Source of the DNA: Selaginella moellendorffii
Taxonomy: Eukaryota; Plantae; Lycopodiophyta
DNA: 64,000 nt
Assembly: GCF_000143415.4 (NCBI RefSeq)
Contig: NW_003314290.1
Location: forward strand, 1,160,932-1,224,931
Direction: 5' to 3'
The first letter of the stretch is position 1. Each line of letters begins with the position of its first letter. The translations under genes and the position numbers were made by a program. Under the pieces are notes generated by a model. That model was not told where the DNA came from. It saw nothing but the letters and a program-made list of their open reading frames with translations, and made no database searches. This document shows, in pieces, positions 34,848 through 48,300 of this stretch.

Positions 34848-34989
34848 CGATTGTGGAGGACAACTTGGATCTCATAGAGGATTCATCTGAGCCACCAGCA
34901 AATAAGAAGAGAAATTTCGGAATTGATCTAAAATAAAATTCTTTAAGAAAGGCATTATTTTCTTAATTTAAAGATGATAGAAGTATAAA

Positions 34990-35060
34990 TGCACTGCCCG
35001 GGAATCGAACCCGGGTCTGTACCGTGGCAGGGTACTATTCTACCACTAGACCAGCAGTGC
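34990..35060 (-). tRNA. tRNA-Gly (anticodon GCC)
   Basis: Reverse complement GCACTGCTGGTCTAGTGGTAGAATAGTACCCTGCCACGGTACAGACCCGGGTTCGATTCCCGGGCAGTGCA folds as a cloverleaf. Confidence 0.97.
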
Positions 35061-35360
35061 TTTACATTTAGAGTGGGTTGGTTGAGGTAGTTGGTCTGCC
35101 AGTTGAGTTCCTCCAGTTGCTCAAGAAAGGTGCCCCGGCTGGATTAACAATTCTAGAAAGTGACATTGGAGACTAGGCAAGAGAGAAAAATCAAGGAATT
35201 AGTCTAACAACTTTAGAATAATCATACAATGGAATTCTACTCTTCAGAGTTTAATTAAAGGCGTGGGTTGATGATAAAATAATCCATACTTGTTAACGGA
35301 TGTTAACGGTTGTTAGGAAGATCGTTTACTATTAACATCAAGGCTTAAGTCAAATGTACA

Positions 35361-36632
35361 TCAAATAACTATGGTGACATCCGGATGTAAGAGCCATGTC
35401 CCGTGGAACTCCACGCCAGTGATGAGAGGATTCCCAATGCCATGGTATCGCGCGGTGATCGATGACCACCTCCGATTCCCGGCCAGGCACAGGGGAAACG
35501 CCTGCGCGAAGCTGAGGAGGTGACCATCGCCACTCTTCAGTGCTTGCGCCTCGATTCGCGACTGGAGCCCCAGGATCCGGCGCTCGCTGTCGCGGATCAT
35601 GCCATAGACGCTGTCCAGTGCGGATTGGAAGCCGGTCCCGCGGTGGCTGTGGCGGAGGAGCACGACGAGCCAGTTGTGGGCGACCCCGGCGTAGAAATCC
35701 TTGCGGAAGGAGAGGACATCGTTGGTGAGCGCGATGTGGTCCGCGACGAGCGCCACGAATTCGATGAAATCGCGAGATGATGTCACAGATTCGTGGAGCT
35801 CCAGCCCCATGCACAGCTCGCCAAAGATCGCGCTGGTGCCCTCTGTGAAGGACGTTCCCCGCCGGAGCTCGCGATACTCGTCCTCCCGCGGGATGTGGCC
35901 CGCGATCTGGTATCCCACCTCCTGGATCACGGCCTCCAGGTAGCGATCCAGGTACCGCAGGTAGCGATCGAACATCGGGCGTGGCATTGATCGCCGGAGC
36001 TCCGCCACTACTTCCCGGAACAATCCCAGCGCCCATCGAGCATCGCGACCTTGATCTTCTTCCGTGATTGGGATTTTCGTCGCCATTCCTCTGGTAGCCA
36101 GATCGATGAGACCAGGGTCCTCTTGGATCGGTATCTTTGCAGGGATTCCTCTCGACTGATCATTATATCGATCTCCTTGTTCTTCCTGGATCGCGAATTT
36201 CCTCGCGAACCCTTTGGCTTCTTCTAGTTCTCTTTCCTCCTGGATCATCCCTTCCAATTGGTCCCCTCTCGCGACTTCCACCGCTCGCCGGGCGAGGACT
36301 CTCGCGGCCTCCTGGCTCCGGCAAGATTCCAGCGCGTCGTCCAGCAAGAAGAGCGCCCACAAATGCTTGCCCGCCAGCACCATCTTACGATCGTCCCGGC
36401 CACGCGGGATAGTCATGCATGCCGCCGCCGAGATCTTGGACTCGATGATCATCTGGCGCTTGGGCATGGAGCCCCGGGCTTGCAGCGATCGGATCGCCCA
36501 CTCGTCAACCTCTCGGGTGAGCGACGCGTGATTTGGGTGGCACTCGAAAGGAAACGCGCAGGGCAATGGACGGAGTTCAAATTTTGAGAGAGTGGAGAGC
36601 TCCGGGAGCACGCTATTGACACTGGCAGCCAT
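35361..36632 (-). CDS. MTPSL: Microbial terpene synthase-like protein (class I, alpha-domain only), intronless
   Basis: FLLDDALE (DDxxD/E), YRELRRGTS, NDVLSFRKD (NSE/DTE), HNWLVVL, WSSITARY (WxxxxxRY). Confidence 0.93.
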   Translation of the reverse strand: MAASVNSVLPELSTLSKFELRPLPCAFPFECHPNHASLTREVDEWAIRSLQARGSMPKRQMIIESKISAAACMTIPRGRDDRKMVLAGKHLWALFLLDDALESCRSQEAARVLARRAVEVARGDQLEGMIQEERELEEAKGFARKFAIQEEQGDRYNDQSRGIPAKIPIQEDPGLIDLATRGMATKIPITEEDQGRDARWALGLFREVVAELRRSMPRPMFDRYLRYLDRYLEAVIQEVGYQIAGHIPREDEYRELRRGTSFTEGTSAIFGELCMGLELHESVTSSRDFIEFVALVADHIALTNDVLSFRKDFYAGVAHNWLVVLLRHSHRGTGFQSALDSVYGMIRDSERRILGLQSRIEAQALKSGDGHLLSFAQAFPLCLAGNRRWSSITARYHGIGNPLITGVEFHGTWLLHPDVTIVI

Positions 36633-37159
36633 GATCACCAACTTTGGATCACACATACACCGACAAATATACAATTTCTAAAGGAGGAACTTTACAAGGA
36701 TAGCTTTCCAAGAACTTTGTCACACGGAACTTTGTACTTTTCAATTGTTAGGGAGTCGAGGTTGCTTTTTATACTGCAACTTGCTAGGATTGGAGGCTGC
36801 TCGCAATTTTTACTGGGGCATCCAGACGTAAAGTTGAATCCATCCTGCTGTCACAATTTTAAAGACCAACTATGTCTATAAGTTGTACAGAAAGTCAGAA
36901 GTACCAAATCTTTTGAGACTAGGAAAGGATATCTTTCTTTGGTAACCTGATTGAATTCAAACTTGAAGAAAAGGAACTTACAGGCTTCACTAAGTTTTCA
37001 ATTTCTTGTTCCTATCAGGATAGCATCATCCTTGTAAATCAGCTAGTCATGCTGGCCTAGACTTGCTGTAGTGTATCAAGGATGAACTGCATGCGGGTAA
37101 TTATAAGCTCCAATCATTTTCATGCCAGTTTATAGCATCAAAGAAGAAATCAACTGTCA

Positions 37160-38600
37160 AATGCTGCTCTTGTGGTGCATTATTTAATAGTTTTGTGAAT
37201 ATTATCCAAAATAAGGAATCATTATCTACTATGTATTTTCTGTGGAAAATAGAAAAGTTAAAAAAAAATGTGTTGGAACATTTAAATTTCCAATAAATAT
37301 TGCATTTAGAGACCATAAAGCCTATGACACAAACATAAGTCGTAATCCATAGATGCCATTGCTAAAAGATTATTAGGTTCTGGTATGTCTTGCATTGGCA
37401 AGGTAATATTAAACAAAACTAGGGTAAACTATTTAAAGAAAACTATCCACGTTTGGCTCAGCAACAAGATTCTTTGTGGAAGCACCAGCGCTACAAGAGC
37501 TGAGGATTGTACCAGGTTGATTACACACTGGCATGGGTGTATATTAGTGGGATTAAGCACCTGACGTGAACTTGTTTGTTTTGCTTGGATGGTTTACATC
37601 AAGCATCTGTCAATCCCGGCGCTTACACATTCAAACTTGATGGGCCTTGTGTGTTTAAGCCAATCATGGCCAAGTTCATGTTGGACGTCTTGCCCAGCGA
37701 ATCAAGCCTCCCAACTTAAAAAGGAACTTGTGATTTCTTGTCAAGTGTTTATTTCTCCGCTGGTTTGCTGGATTTGACAGTGCTGGTCATTTTGAAAGCG
37801 GCACTGGAGCAATGCAAGATATTCGTATCTAAATACCTAAAGATCCCAAGCATATAATAAATTATAATGAATAAAGATGGTAAGCATACTTAACCTAGTA
37901 AGGAGTTTTTGTTCTATTGTGTCTTGCATTGGTTAATGATAAGAACCTTTGCATATTCAGCATTAATCCCACAACATTGCTATATAATAAAAAATTTAAT
38001 ATTGCTATATAGTAAAGAACTTATTATATCTATTAGACACTTGCTATAATATCTTAGATGTTGTCCTATTAGTTATTTATGGAAAGTGTCTTGTAAATTA
38101 AATATATCTTTAGAATATAGAGAATGTCTTGTCCATATTCACAAATTAATACCATTCTATAATTAATATATTTTTTAATATCATCTTTTTGTTTTGTGTC
38201 CAACTTAGGTTTAAGCCCAAACTCTATACCATATTAATTAGTTGAGTACTTACACCCTCCTATAAGGCTATAGGTAAGAGCATCTAGAATCCCAATACCA
38301 ATAAATGTATTATTTAACAGTTTTATAAAAATTATCCAAAGTAAAGAATCATTATCTATTATATATTTTCTATAGAAAATAGAAAATTTTAAAAACTAAA
38401 TATGTTGAAGCATTTAAAATTTCTAATAAATATTGTACTTAGAGACCATAGCCTATGAGGTAAACTTATGTCATAATCCATAGATATCATTGCTAGAAGA
38501 CTATTAGGTGCTTGTCTTGCATTGACAATGCTCCTACTAAGGATAATCATATATGCCCAGGTAAATATTGACCAAAATTAGAGTGAACTATTTATTGAAA
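37160..38600 (+). repeat. Diverged direct duplication of ~280 bp (37160-37450 and 38310-38600)
   Basis: Colinear matches such as attatccaaa..gaatcattatcta..gaaaatagaaaa..tagagaccata..taatccatagat. Confidence 0.85.
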
Positions 38601-38648
38601 TCTATCTATATAATAAGGATAATAAGCATATTTAGCCTAGTAAGGATT

Positions 38649-41600
38649 TGTGAGACACAAATCCCTAAGCCCCAAAATAGAGTTGAAAATGTGCCATATG
38701 GTAATAAAGTGAAACAAGTGTAATACATTGGGACCAAAAACTTTGATTTAGAAAGTCAAGAGTGGGAGATTGAATAGCTAATGCTCTCAATCCAAGTGTG
38801 GGTGGCATTACTTACGTGGATATCTAGTGTAGTTCATTAGAACATCGCTCTAGCTACATGGCTAAGACACCTAGAGGTGGAAGGTGGGGAAAGTACCCAC
38901 AAAGCTCATGTTGGGCCACGGTATTTTGAAATGTTGTTCTAAAATCCTAGAGTCTTTTTGTGTAGTGAACAATGATATAATCATGTGGCAAGGAAATCCC
39001 AAAAGTTAATAGGACTTAGTGGTCGAACCTTCAGGCCTTAACATAGTGGCAATGTTGGTAAGCATGGCCATGGACAAAAAAGAACTTAATAGGGATTGAA
39101 AAAGGGATATTAAGGAAAGGTGTTCTTTATATCTTTGGATATATTAAGAATCCTAAAGTGTGGTCATGAGATGACCACTCATGCTAGTCTTTAGGAGACA
39201 AGACTATAGTATGGGTGGTCTTGGACTACTCATAAGACAAAGGTGATTAAATATAACTTTAGCATAATAGGTTGATATAATAGTGGTACCTTTGGGTGTT
39301 TATCATAGAATCGAACATGTGGAGCACCCAAATCAAGTGTAAAGGTTGAGTGGCATAGATGCCATTCACAATACTAGCATGTCCTCCAAGTCAGGAATAT
39401 GATTTATGGAGGTTGTGAGTGAATGACATCTATTAGGTCGTTTATACTCACAGATAAGGTGATTAACGTAGCCTTAGCATACAGATTATATTTTAGTGCC
39501 TTTGGTGTCAGGCTAGTTGCGCCGGCTCCGGGAAATATTTTTTNNNNNNNNNNNNNNNNNNNNNNNNNNNNNNNNNNNNNNNNNNNNNNNNNNNNNNNNN
39601 NNNNNNNNNNNNNNNNNNNNNNNNNNNNNNNNNNNNNNNNNNNATTAAATCTCATAACCCTAGAGCCAGATTAATATTTTAGTGGCACTTTTGGGTGTTT
39701 GTTATAGAATCAAACATGTGGAGCACTTAGACCAAGTGCAAAGGCTAAGTGGCATAGATGCCATTCATAATACTAATATATCCCCCAAGTTGGGAATAAA
39801 ACTTATGGAGGTTGTGAATGAAATGCATCTATTGGGTCATCTATGACCTATAAGACAAAGGTGATTAAATATAGCTTTAGCATAATAGGTTGATATATTA
39901 ATGGTACCTTTGGGTGTTTATCATAGAATTGAATACATGGAGCACAAGTGTCATGTGTTCGATTCTATGACAAACACCCAAAGGTACCATTAATATATTA
40001 ACCCATTATGCTAAGACTATGTCTAATCACCTTTGTCTCATAGTTCGTGGATGCATTTAAACTCTTTGAGTTCCTTTTTATTCAATTGATAGAAGGATTT
40101 GCAAAAAGTATTTTACTTTTCTCAACCTATCAAACAAATCTTTAATCCTTAGTAAAGGGTATTTGTTTTTTTTTGTATATTTGCACATACATATAAAGCC
40201 ATTGTTTTTTTTTAACAAATAACACTAAAGCTTAATATGGCAAATTGCTCATCAATCAACTCTTTAAATTGGCATTCAAGCTCCTTGAATTCCTTTTTAT
40301 TCAATTGATAGAGGGGTTGAACCACTACTTTAGCACGCTCAACCAACTCAATCTTATATTTTATCAGTTGAGCAAGGGGTAACCTCGCTAACAATTTTTT
40401 TGGTATTGTATCTCGAATTTAATCTAACACTTGTTGGATTGTTAAGGGCATTTTTTTTGTTCCCATCTTTTTATCTTTTTTCATAAAGAGTAAACACAAA
40501 AGTGCTATTTTAATTCCCTTAGCAAACTATTTTTTGGTAGGCACTAGGTTCAAGTAGGAATTTTTGGACCCATTTCACCTTATCTATAGATTTTATACTT
40601 TCACCCTAGATCATTTTCCAAAGGCATTCACTAATACCATTAGGTTTTTTTACTTTGTTTATGCAAGGCTATTACAAACCAACTGAACCAATTCATCTCA
40701 AAGATTATATCAAGTCACACTGTTTAAAATGGTAAAATTTATATCCACTTTCCATATCCGTACTTCAGCTCTTGTCAAAGTACTTCATTAGTGTTTTGGC
40801 TACCTTGAACAAATTCTATAATCCTTGGTTATCTCAGCTGTTGCATTGTTAATTTAGCTTGTTAAACTATATCTACAGCCATAAATTTTTATAAAGCATC
40901 TATATTAATAAGGATTTTAATAGAGTTACATCTAAGCTTCTTTTAAAAGGCTAGTAAATATTGCAAGTAACTCTTTACCAAAGTTGTTTGTGTAATGAAT
41001 AACTTTGAAATAAGAATTGAATTACATACCTTTATTTGGACTTCACCCAACTTAATAGTCATATTTTTTTTTGGCATTTTTTGAATAAGGACATTCTCTC
41101 AAGAAGTGTCTAACCTTGCCACAATTGAAACATATATTATTCTCTATGCTATTAGTGGAATTGGTTTTCTTATTGGTGGGTTTGTTTGTTTTAACTTAAC
41201 TCATTTATATGTTTATTTTTTAACTATTGAATTTGCCTTTTCAAAACTTCAAAGACTCATTTTTGAAGAAATTATTCTTAAATTTCCCCTTTTTATATAT
41301 TTCTTTTGGTTTGAATCCCTTGCTAAATATGGATCTAGACCTAGTTGAGTTTGTTTTTTACTGATTGTTATTAAAATGCATTTTGATAAATGCTTTCTTG
41401 CATTTATGTCACCCATATTTGTGAAAAAAATCCTTTTAGCCATAATTGCATTCATATACAAATGGTTCCTATTTATTTTACATTACTCAACTTATCCTTC
41501 AAATGCAAAATAGCATTTAGGGAATATAAATTATTTGAATTTTCGTCTTTATCACTTTTTAGGTAGTTATTGGTCCTTCATTAGCCTTTGTCATTCTCCA

Positions 41601-43010
41601 CCAAAATTTAGCATTATACCTTTTATGAGTTTAATAATCATAACATTCCTATATCATAAAATAAATCTTTCTACCACCTTATAGTCATTCCTCTTTTAAT
41701 TTGTATTTAAAAATTGCTTATGGGCACCTCAGTTTACTCAACCCTATCTAATTCTGCTTTAATACTCATCAAAAGCTCCATGCCTTCTACACTACCTATA
41801 TCTGTAGTCTTTTATTTTTTCTTTTATTTCTTGTAATGCATTAATTTGCATATGAGGGTCTTTAAATTATCCTTCTAGAGCATCCAATCAAGCCTTGAAC
41901 AACTAAATCTCACCACCAAATTCATATTTGGAAGTCTCCTTATTAAAGTCTTCCTCATGCAAGGATTATTTATCCACCGCTTCTTGTTTGACTGGAGGCT
42001 CCATTTGTATAGACAGTTCAATCTTTGCCTTTGTTCCCTTATGTTTTGCCTTAGCCATTTCTTAGTGATCCACCTCTATCCTTTGTTACAAGCAACTTGG
42101 TACAATGCAAAAAGTATAACCAACCCTTAAATCTAATTTAATCTAAAAAGGGGGATTGAGAGAGAGATTGGGAATCTGTAGATGGATAATTAACACTTTA
42201 TTGCTCATGTAGTGAGCAATTAAATCTAAGTAGAACTAAGTAAGAGCGTGAACCTTAGCAAGGGAACTTAACTAAGGCTAATATAAAAGTGGTTGGATAG
42301 ATAAGGTAAACTAGCAAATTGGAAAAGAAAAATTTATGGCTTACAATTTGATATCAAAACTTTTTTCTCAGTTTCAAAACTTGTTTATAAGACCTTCTAA
42401 ATTCCAAGCCTTAAATGCATTTTTGGGGGAAACACTATGGCATAATGGCAGTATCCTAACTCCCCACCTCTGTCTTAAAGGGAAGGCCCAAGCCCTTATG
42501 ATGGGGTGAAGACCAATGAGCCATATAATACTTAAGTGGTGCACCATTCCACCTAAGTTGGGAGCATTATAGTCAATTTTTCTTCCAGGAGTGGGAGTTG
42601 TTTTTGAGCACTTTCTTAGAGGTTTCTTTAACAACCCCCTAAGTCTATATTCACTCTTACCCAAGGCTACTAACCCCCAATCTTAACCTTAACTCACTAA
42701 AGAGTTCTTTCAAGATTAGGTTTTTAACTTCATTATCTTTCACCCCCTCTCTCTTGGGAGATGATTGCTTTGGGCTTTTATCCCATGATTTGTATTAGTA
42801 TTTGGACTTGGTCTTGATTTTAGACACAATCTTGGACTTGATCTTAGAAACTGTCTCGGACATTATTTCAGACTCGATCTTGGACATTGTCTCAGACACT
42901 ATCTGGGATTTGGTCTTGGACATGATTTTGGATCTCAGACTCGGTTTCAGACTCGATCTCAAACTTGGTCTCACACTCAATCTTAAGCTCAATCTTGAAC
43001 TCTATCTCAT
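38649..43010. mobile_element. Nested, degenerate LTR-retrotransposon block (LTR start, ~217-bp tandem repeats, gypsy gag-pol remnant on the minus strand)
   Basis: TG-starting LTR-like end at 38649; tandem units at ~39233, ~39450, across the gap and ~39850; minus-strand LPLAQLIKYKIELVERAKVVVQPLYQLNKKEFKELECQFKELID (gypsy pre-RT motif); strongly CpG-depleted. Confidence 0.75.
39544..39643. other. Assembly gap (100 N)
   Basis: Run of n within a tandem-repeat region. Confidence 1.
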
Positions 43011-45328
43011 TCGATAAACTCTTTCTTGTTCTAGTCATAAATTCGAAGTGTCCTTTAGCCTATTCGTATTGCTAATTATAATTAATATTGCTAGCTTCTT
43101 TTAATAGTCCCTCTTGTTCAAGTGTTCCTAAACTAGATTTAGCATTTATACTTGGCTAGATAAACATTAAAAAAGAATTCCTAAGTATTTATTTATCCAA
43201 GCATACTTGGTTTGGTTTATTAGTTCTCTTTTTCTTTGTCTTGCATTAGCTTGACAACCCCTATGTATTTAGTTGTAGTCCCTCAATATCACTACATGAT
43301 AAATTACTATGTCCACTAAACACCCTCACTATCATGCCCCATGTGTTGGTCCTATTTAGTCCTATTATCTATTTCTAAAAAGTGTTTATATTTGTGAGTG
43401 AGGCATATCTATGGAATGTAGAAATTATCCATAATAGTGTTGTTCCCATGTCCAAATTTATAATTTAGTGTTTAGTAAATTTTTGTAATTATCCTAGATA
43501 TTAACTTCTAGAAAGCCCAAAGTGTGGGGGGTTCAAATATATAGTAGGGATAGTGGGTAGGTTGGATATATCCAACTAATTTAAAACATTATTTGGCTTT
43601 CCATTAGATGTATTTGTTCTTGTTTTATGTCTAGCTTAGGTTTAAGTTCAAGCTCCAATAGAGTACCTATATCCTTACATTAGGTCATTAGTATGTTAAA
43701 ATACTACCAAACTTTATTTGGCTTTGTTTTACCTGTTAATTTTAGTGTTGGGATATTAGATGTTTTACAATTATCTCAATGTCACTTCGTGCTTTTATTC
43801 CTTTACTTCTTAGCTATAGCTCAAGAGTTGCTTCATACTTTATTTCCTACGCTCATTAGGTATTACTTGGGTGTTGGGTGGCTCAAGGCCTTAAATCTCA
43901 AATCCCACTCCATTGCCCTTGGCACACATGTCCAAGGGCATGTTTTGATTTGTGATTATTCTATGGGAAATCATTATAAGGTAAAAAGTGAAAACAACAT
44001 ATGTTACATTAATTGAGACATCAAAATATAAAATGCCTCAATAAATGTAAGATCATTATCCAAGAGAATCCTCTCTAGACAAGAATGTTGAAACACCACT
44101 TGATTGAGGAGAAAGTATCTAATAATAATTATAGATGCATTAGCGAGAGTAACTAAATAAGTTAAATAATCAAAAACAATAATTACATACTTATTCCTAG
44201 CAGTCTATCAAGGAAAAGGCTTTATAAAATAGAATGCCACCAACTTAAATAAATAAAAAATTACAATTAATTCCAACTGTTCTTCTATAATATGAAGAGG
44301 AGTATTGTGATCTTATATATATACTTGTTGACATATTATTGTATCTTCAGCTAATAACAAGACTTGTGCAACTTCTTAATCATATAAGGATTTCTTAAAA
44401 TATGAGAGTTATAGTAAGTATAGAGGAAGTCTAGAATGAAACAAAAATCACTATTATTAAGCATAAATGATCATCTATATCAATCCTTACAAAATAAAGA
44501 AGGTTATTTTTAAAGTGATATTGAGAATATAAATGTTAAAATAGTAATTTATTGATAAATTATGCAAGATTCTTAAAGCCATCACAAAACCTTTAAATTC
44601 ACATCTTAACACTTTCTTTAAGCCTCCTCAACATTATCTAAAGAATGCAAATTCAGTTTTGCATCTTGTAGACATTAAATATCAAACACAACAATTATCA
44701 ATAGTATAAAGTCCTTGTTTAGAAAATCCACAAATGTTAAAATAATAGACTTTTCATAAACAAAAGAAAAGAGAGAAGGAAAGGAACTTAAAATAGAGCA
44801 TTAGCATTATATTAAACTCTTAAAGTGATGAACAACTTCAAAATTGTAAATTTGAAACTTTAAAGCTTAGTAAATAATATAGATAACTAAATTATTTTTC
44901 TTTGACAATAAAGTGATTGTAACATAATCACCCTTTAGTAGCATTTAAGAAATATGTATAAAACATCTCAAAACCTTAAACATTACGATGGTGAAATAGT
45001 TTATCTCAATTAATTGTATAAAGTACCATTGCAATGGAATGATATTTGTTAGGGATGCTGGTACTCTCTTGCATCAGCATAAACCCATAACTGAACACAA
45101 AATGAAAACTGACTAAGTCAAAACTAAAAAAGTTATCAACACTTAGGATTTGTAAATGCCTACTCAAATCAGATAAAAGGATGACATGGATGATTTCAAC
45201 AATGCTAGCAATAATGCAATGCAATCAGAAAGAGAATCAACAGACAATGGTCGTGGCCATTTATGTATGTGTCAACGTCATAAGCCTGGAGAAGGAAGTC
45301 CTGAGTAAGCAAGAGTTGGAGACTTTGT

Positions 45329-48300
45329 TTATATCTTTGGCACGCTGCAGCACGATTGGCCTTTGCCACAAGCGTTCTTCTTGCAGTGCGAGTGCGTTTG
45401 ATCCTGCTGGGTATGGTCATGGCTATGGTGGCGATGGAGCTGGTGCTTTTCAGCGGCATGCTCGTGATCTGAGCACTGTGTTCTTTCAGCGTGATCGTCG
45501 TCCTTGGAGCACTGTTTACTACTGTGCTGATCGTGGTCGTGATCCTTGCAATTCTTTCCATGGCGATGGTGGTTGCCCGACGATCTCGTCTTCCCTGTTC
45601 CACGGAGCAAGAGCGTGCTGTTTGAGATCACCAGCAAGCACGCCCCGACGTCTACCAGGACAGCCATCCACAGGTAGCCATAGCCAGCGAACGAGAGTGC
45701 CAGCATTGCGGCTTTGAGGCCCACCGAGATGACAACGTTCTGTATAACTTTGGTGCGGACTCTCCTTCCCAGGCTCACCACCAAGCCCAGCTTCCGGAGA
45801 TCGTCGGTCATCAGGAAAACGTCCGATGTCTCCATTGCCACTGCTGATCCGGCTAGACCCATGGCGAATCCTACGTCCGCTGCTGCTAAAGCCGGGGCAT
45901 CGTTTATCCCATCCCCTATCATTCCCGTCACACCGGCGTTTTCTTTCAGCTCTTGGATGATTCTGACTTTGTCCTGAGGGAGAAGACCGGCGTGCACAGT
46001 GACTCCTCCCAACTGTAGTGGAGATAGTTCAAGTGACCCCTCGAATATACAAGACGAAATCGAAGCTTACTTTGCTCTGGACGTCCTGGGCCGTCTCATT
46101 GTTATCCCCAGTTAACATATGAATCTGGACGTTCAGACGCTGCCATAAACAAAAGACAGCTTGTGAGCAAACACGGGAAAGAAGCTCAAAGGTAAACCTT
46201 TAGACTCCGCACTGCTTCTGCCGCTTCCTCCCGTACGTGATCCTCGAGGCTGAAAACTGCCAGGAGCTGGTGATCCTTTCCAACCCAGCCCATGGTTGCT
46301 GTTTGAGTCGCTAGCTTCGTAATGGCTGGAGAAAAACTAACAGTTAGATTACAAGTCCACGGAAAGAGGAGCCGATAGAAACCTGTATTGCTCCAGCCAA
46401 GGCGAGATGCTAATCGCGCGTTACCAATCTCTATCAAGTGCCCATCCACAACGGCGGACACACCTTCGCCTTCAATGATCTGAAAGTCTGTAACGGACTT
46501 CGATGGAACAACATCTTGTAAGCTAGCGTACGTGACGAGTGCAGCGGCCATTGGATGGCTCGATCTACTTTCAACACTCGCCAACCTGCGCAACAAGAAA
46601 CACTATATCAGCAACACACAGCAGGAAAATCAAACGTACCAATACAAGATCTGTTGCAGATCTTCGGTTTCACCAACAGCCACAACTTCGGAAACGCGGA
46701 AGTGTCCCTCTGTCAGTGTTCCCGTCTTGTCCATAGCTAAGCATTTGATCTTGGCCAGGATTTCAAGGTAGCTTCCACCCTTGATCACTACTCCAAGTCT
46801 TGCTGCGTGTTGTATTCCGCAGGCGACTGCCACGGGCGTCGAAAGGACTAAAGCACACGGGCAAGCCACAACGAGCAGAACGAGAGCTAAGTACAGCCAG
46901 TGCTTCTCATTGCGAACGTGCGCTATCAACGGAATGAGTGCCAGACCAAGAGCTGTCGCCACCAAAACTGTCGCGGAGCAACGCTGCATTAGCAATGGCA
47001 CAGAGATTTTGTCGAGTTACCAGGAGTGTAGAATTTTGCAAACTTCTCCACAAGCTGCTCGAAGTGAGATCGTTTTGCTTGAGCTTCCTCCACGAGTTTG
47101 ATCATTCTTGAGACAGCCGAGTCTTCAGCAAGTGCAGTGGTTTGCACGGTGATGTAGCCTGCAGACATGGATGACGTTAGTTTCGAAAGTGAACCGTAAG
47201 AATAAATCCGCGTACCAGCCAAATTCACTGTTCCAGCCCAAACCTCGCTTCCGCAAGTCTTCTCGACAGGTTTTGATTCACCAGTCAAGCTGCTTTCATC
47301 CAAAGAGCACCCTCCCGACAGGATAGTCCCGTCTACGGGAATCATCTCCCCAGCTTTGACAGCAATTGATGATCCAAGTTTCACTTCGTCAACGGAGACC
47401 ATCACTCCGGTTTCGGCAAGGATGGCGTTCCGAGGGACATCCAGACCGGACGCCAGTGCGGAACGCGCCTGAGACACCACGACGAGTGTCATAAAGAGCA
47501 AGGACAAACAAAACGAAAAACAAGAACAGCTTACCTGCTCGCTCGATCGTCCTTCCAGCCACTCAGCTAGAGTAAACAGAAATACGATCGATCCCGCTTC
47601 AATGTAGTCAGCTAGAGCAATAGCGCCGCCGACTGATCTAACGTTTCATCATCAGACACTGGAAAGCCTGCTTTCCTGTCAACTCATCGTACCTGCTATG
47701 AGCATAAGAATGTTAATGTCTAGAATCCAGCGTCTTAGAGATGCTATGCTCCGCATAAGAATCGGCGGTATACCAACAGCCACGGCTCCGATAGCCATCC
47801 ATTTCAAAGGGTTCCAGAAGTGTTTGAAAAAGGATACAAGCAGTAGAATACCGCAGCAAATGGTCCACGGACTGGGCCACTTGTTAGCCTTCTTCAGCTC
47901 TCCACGACGATGTAAACTTGCGTCTAGCCTGGCTTCGTTGAGTGCTTTGACTGGAGAAAGACAAGAATGAAGGATGAGAAGAAAACAGAGCAAGCACGGA
48001 AGATAAAGCTGTCTACCTAGACGTCCTTCAGGTGTCAAGAGCTTGTCGTGAACAACTGTCACACTGCGCGCCGTGTAGTTCACCGAGACCTCCTTGACAC
48101 CGGGTAAAGGCTCCAAGATCTTCCTGACAAGAGGAACCTCCGAGGGGCAGCAAAGACCCATCACGCTCAACACAGTCCGCGTAACTTGCTGGAAGTTCTC
48201 TGGAATGCTTAGGATGTTCTCGGCAAGCCTGGGCGAGTGTACCACCGCATCGTCCTCCTCGGCCAGAATCTCGTAACCTTTGCCGTCGGTGGTCTGGTAG

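Noticed and set aside
35361-36632. MTPSL as bacterial contamination or part of a biosynthetic gene cluster
   Set aside because: Embedded among intron-containing plant genes and a eukaryotic tRNA; no P450 or prenyltransferase nearby.
42340-42362. TTGATATCAAAAC as a decayed tRNA-Met primer-binding site
   Set aside because: Three mismatches, and orientation conflicts with the adjacent minus-strand gag-pol remnant; not supportable.
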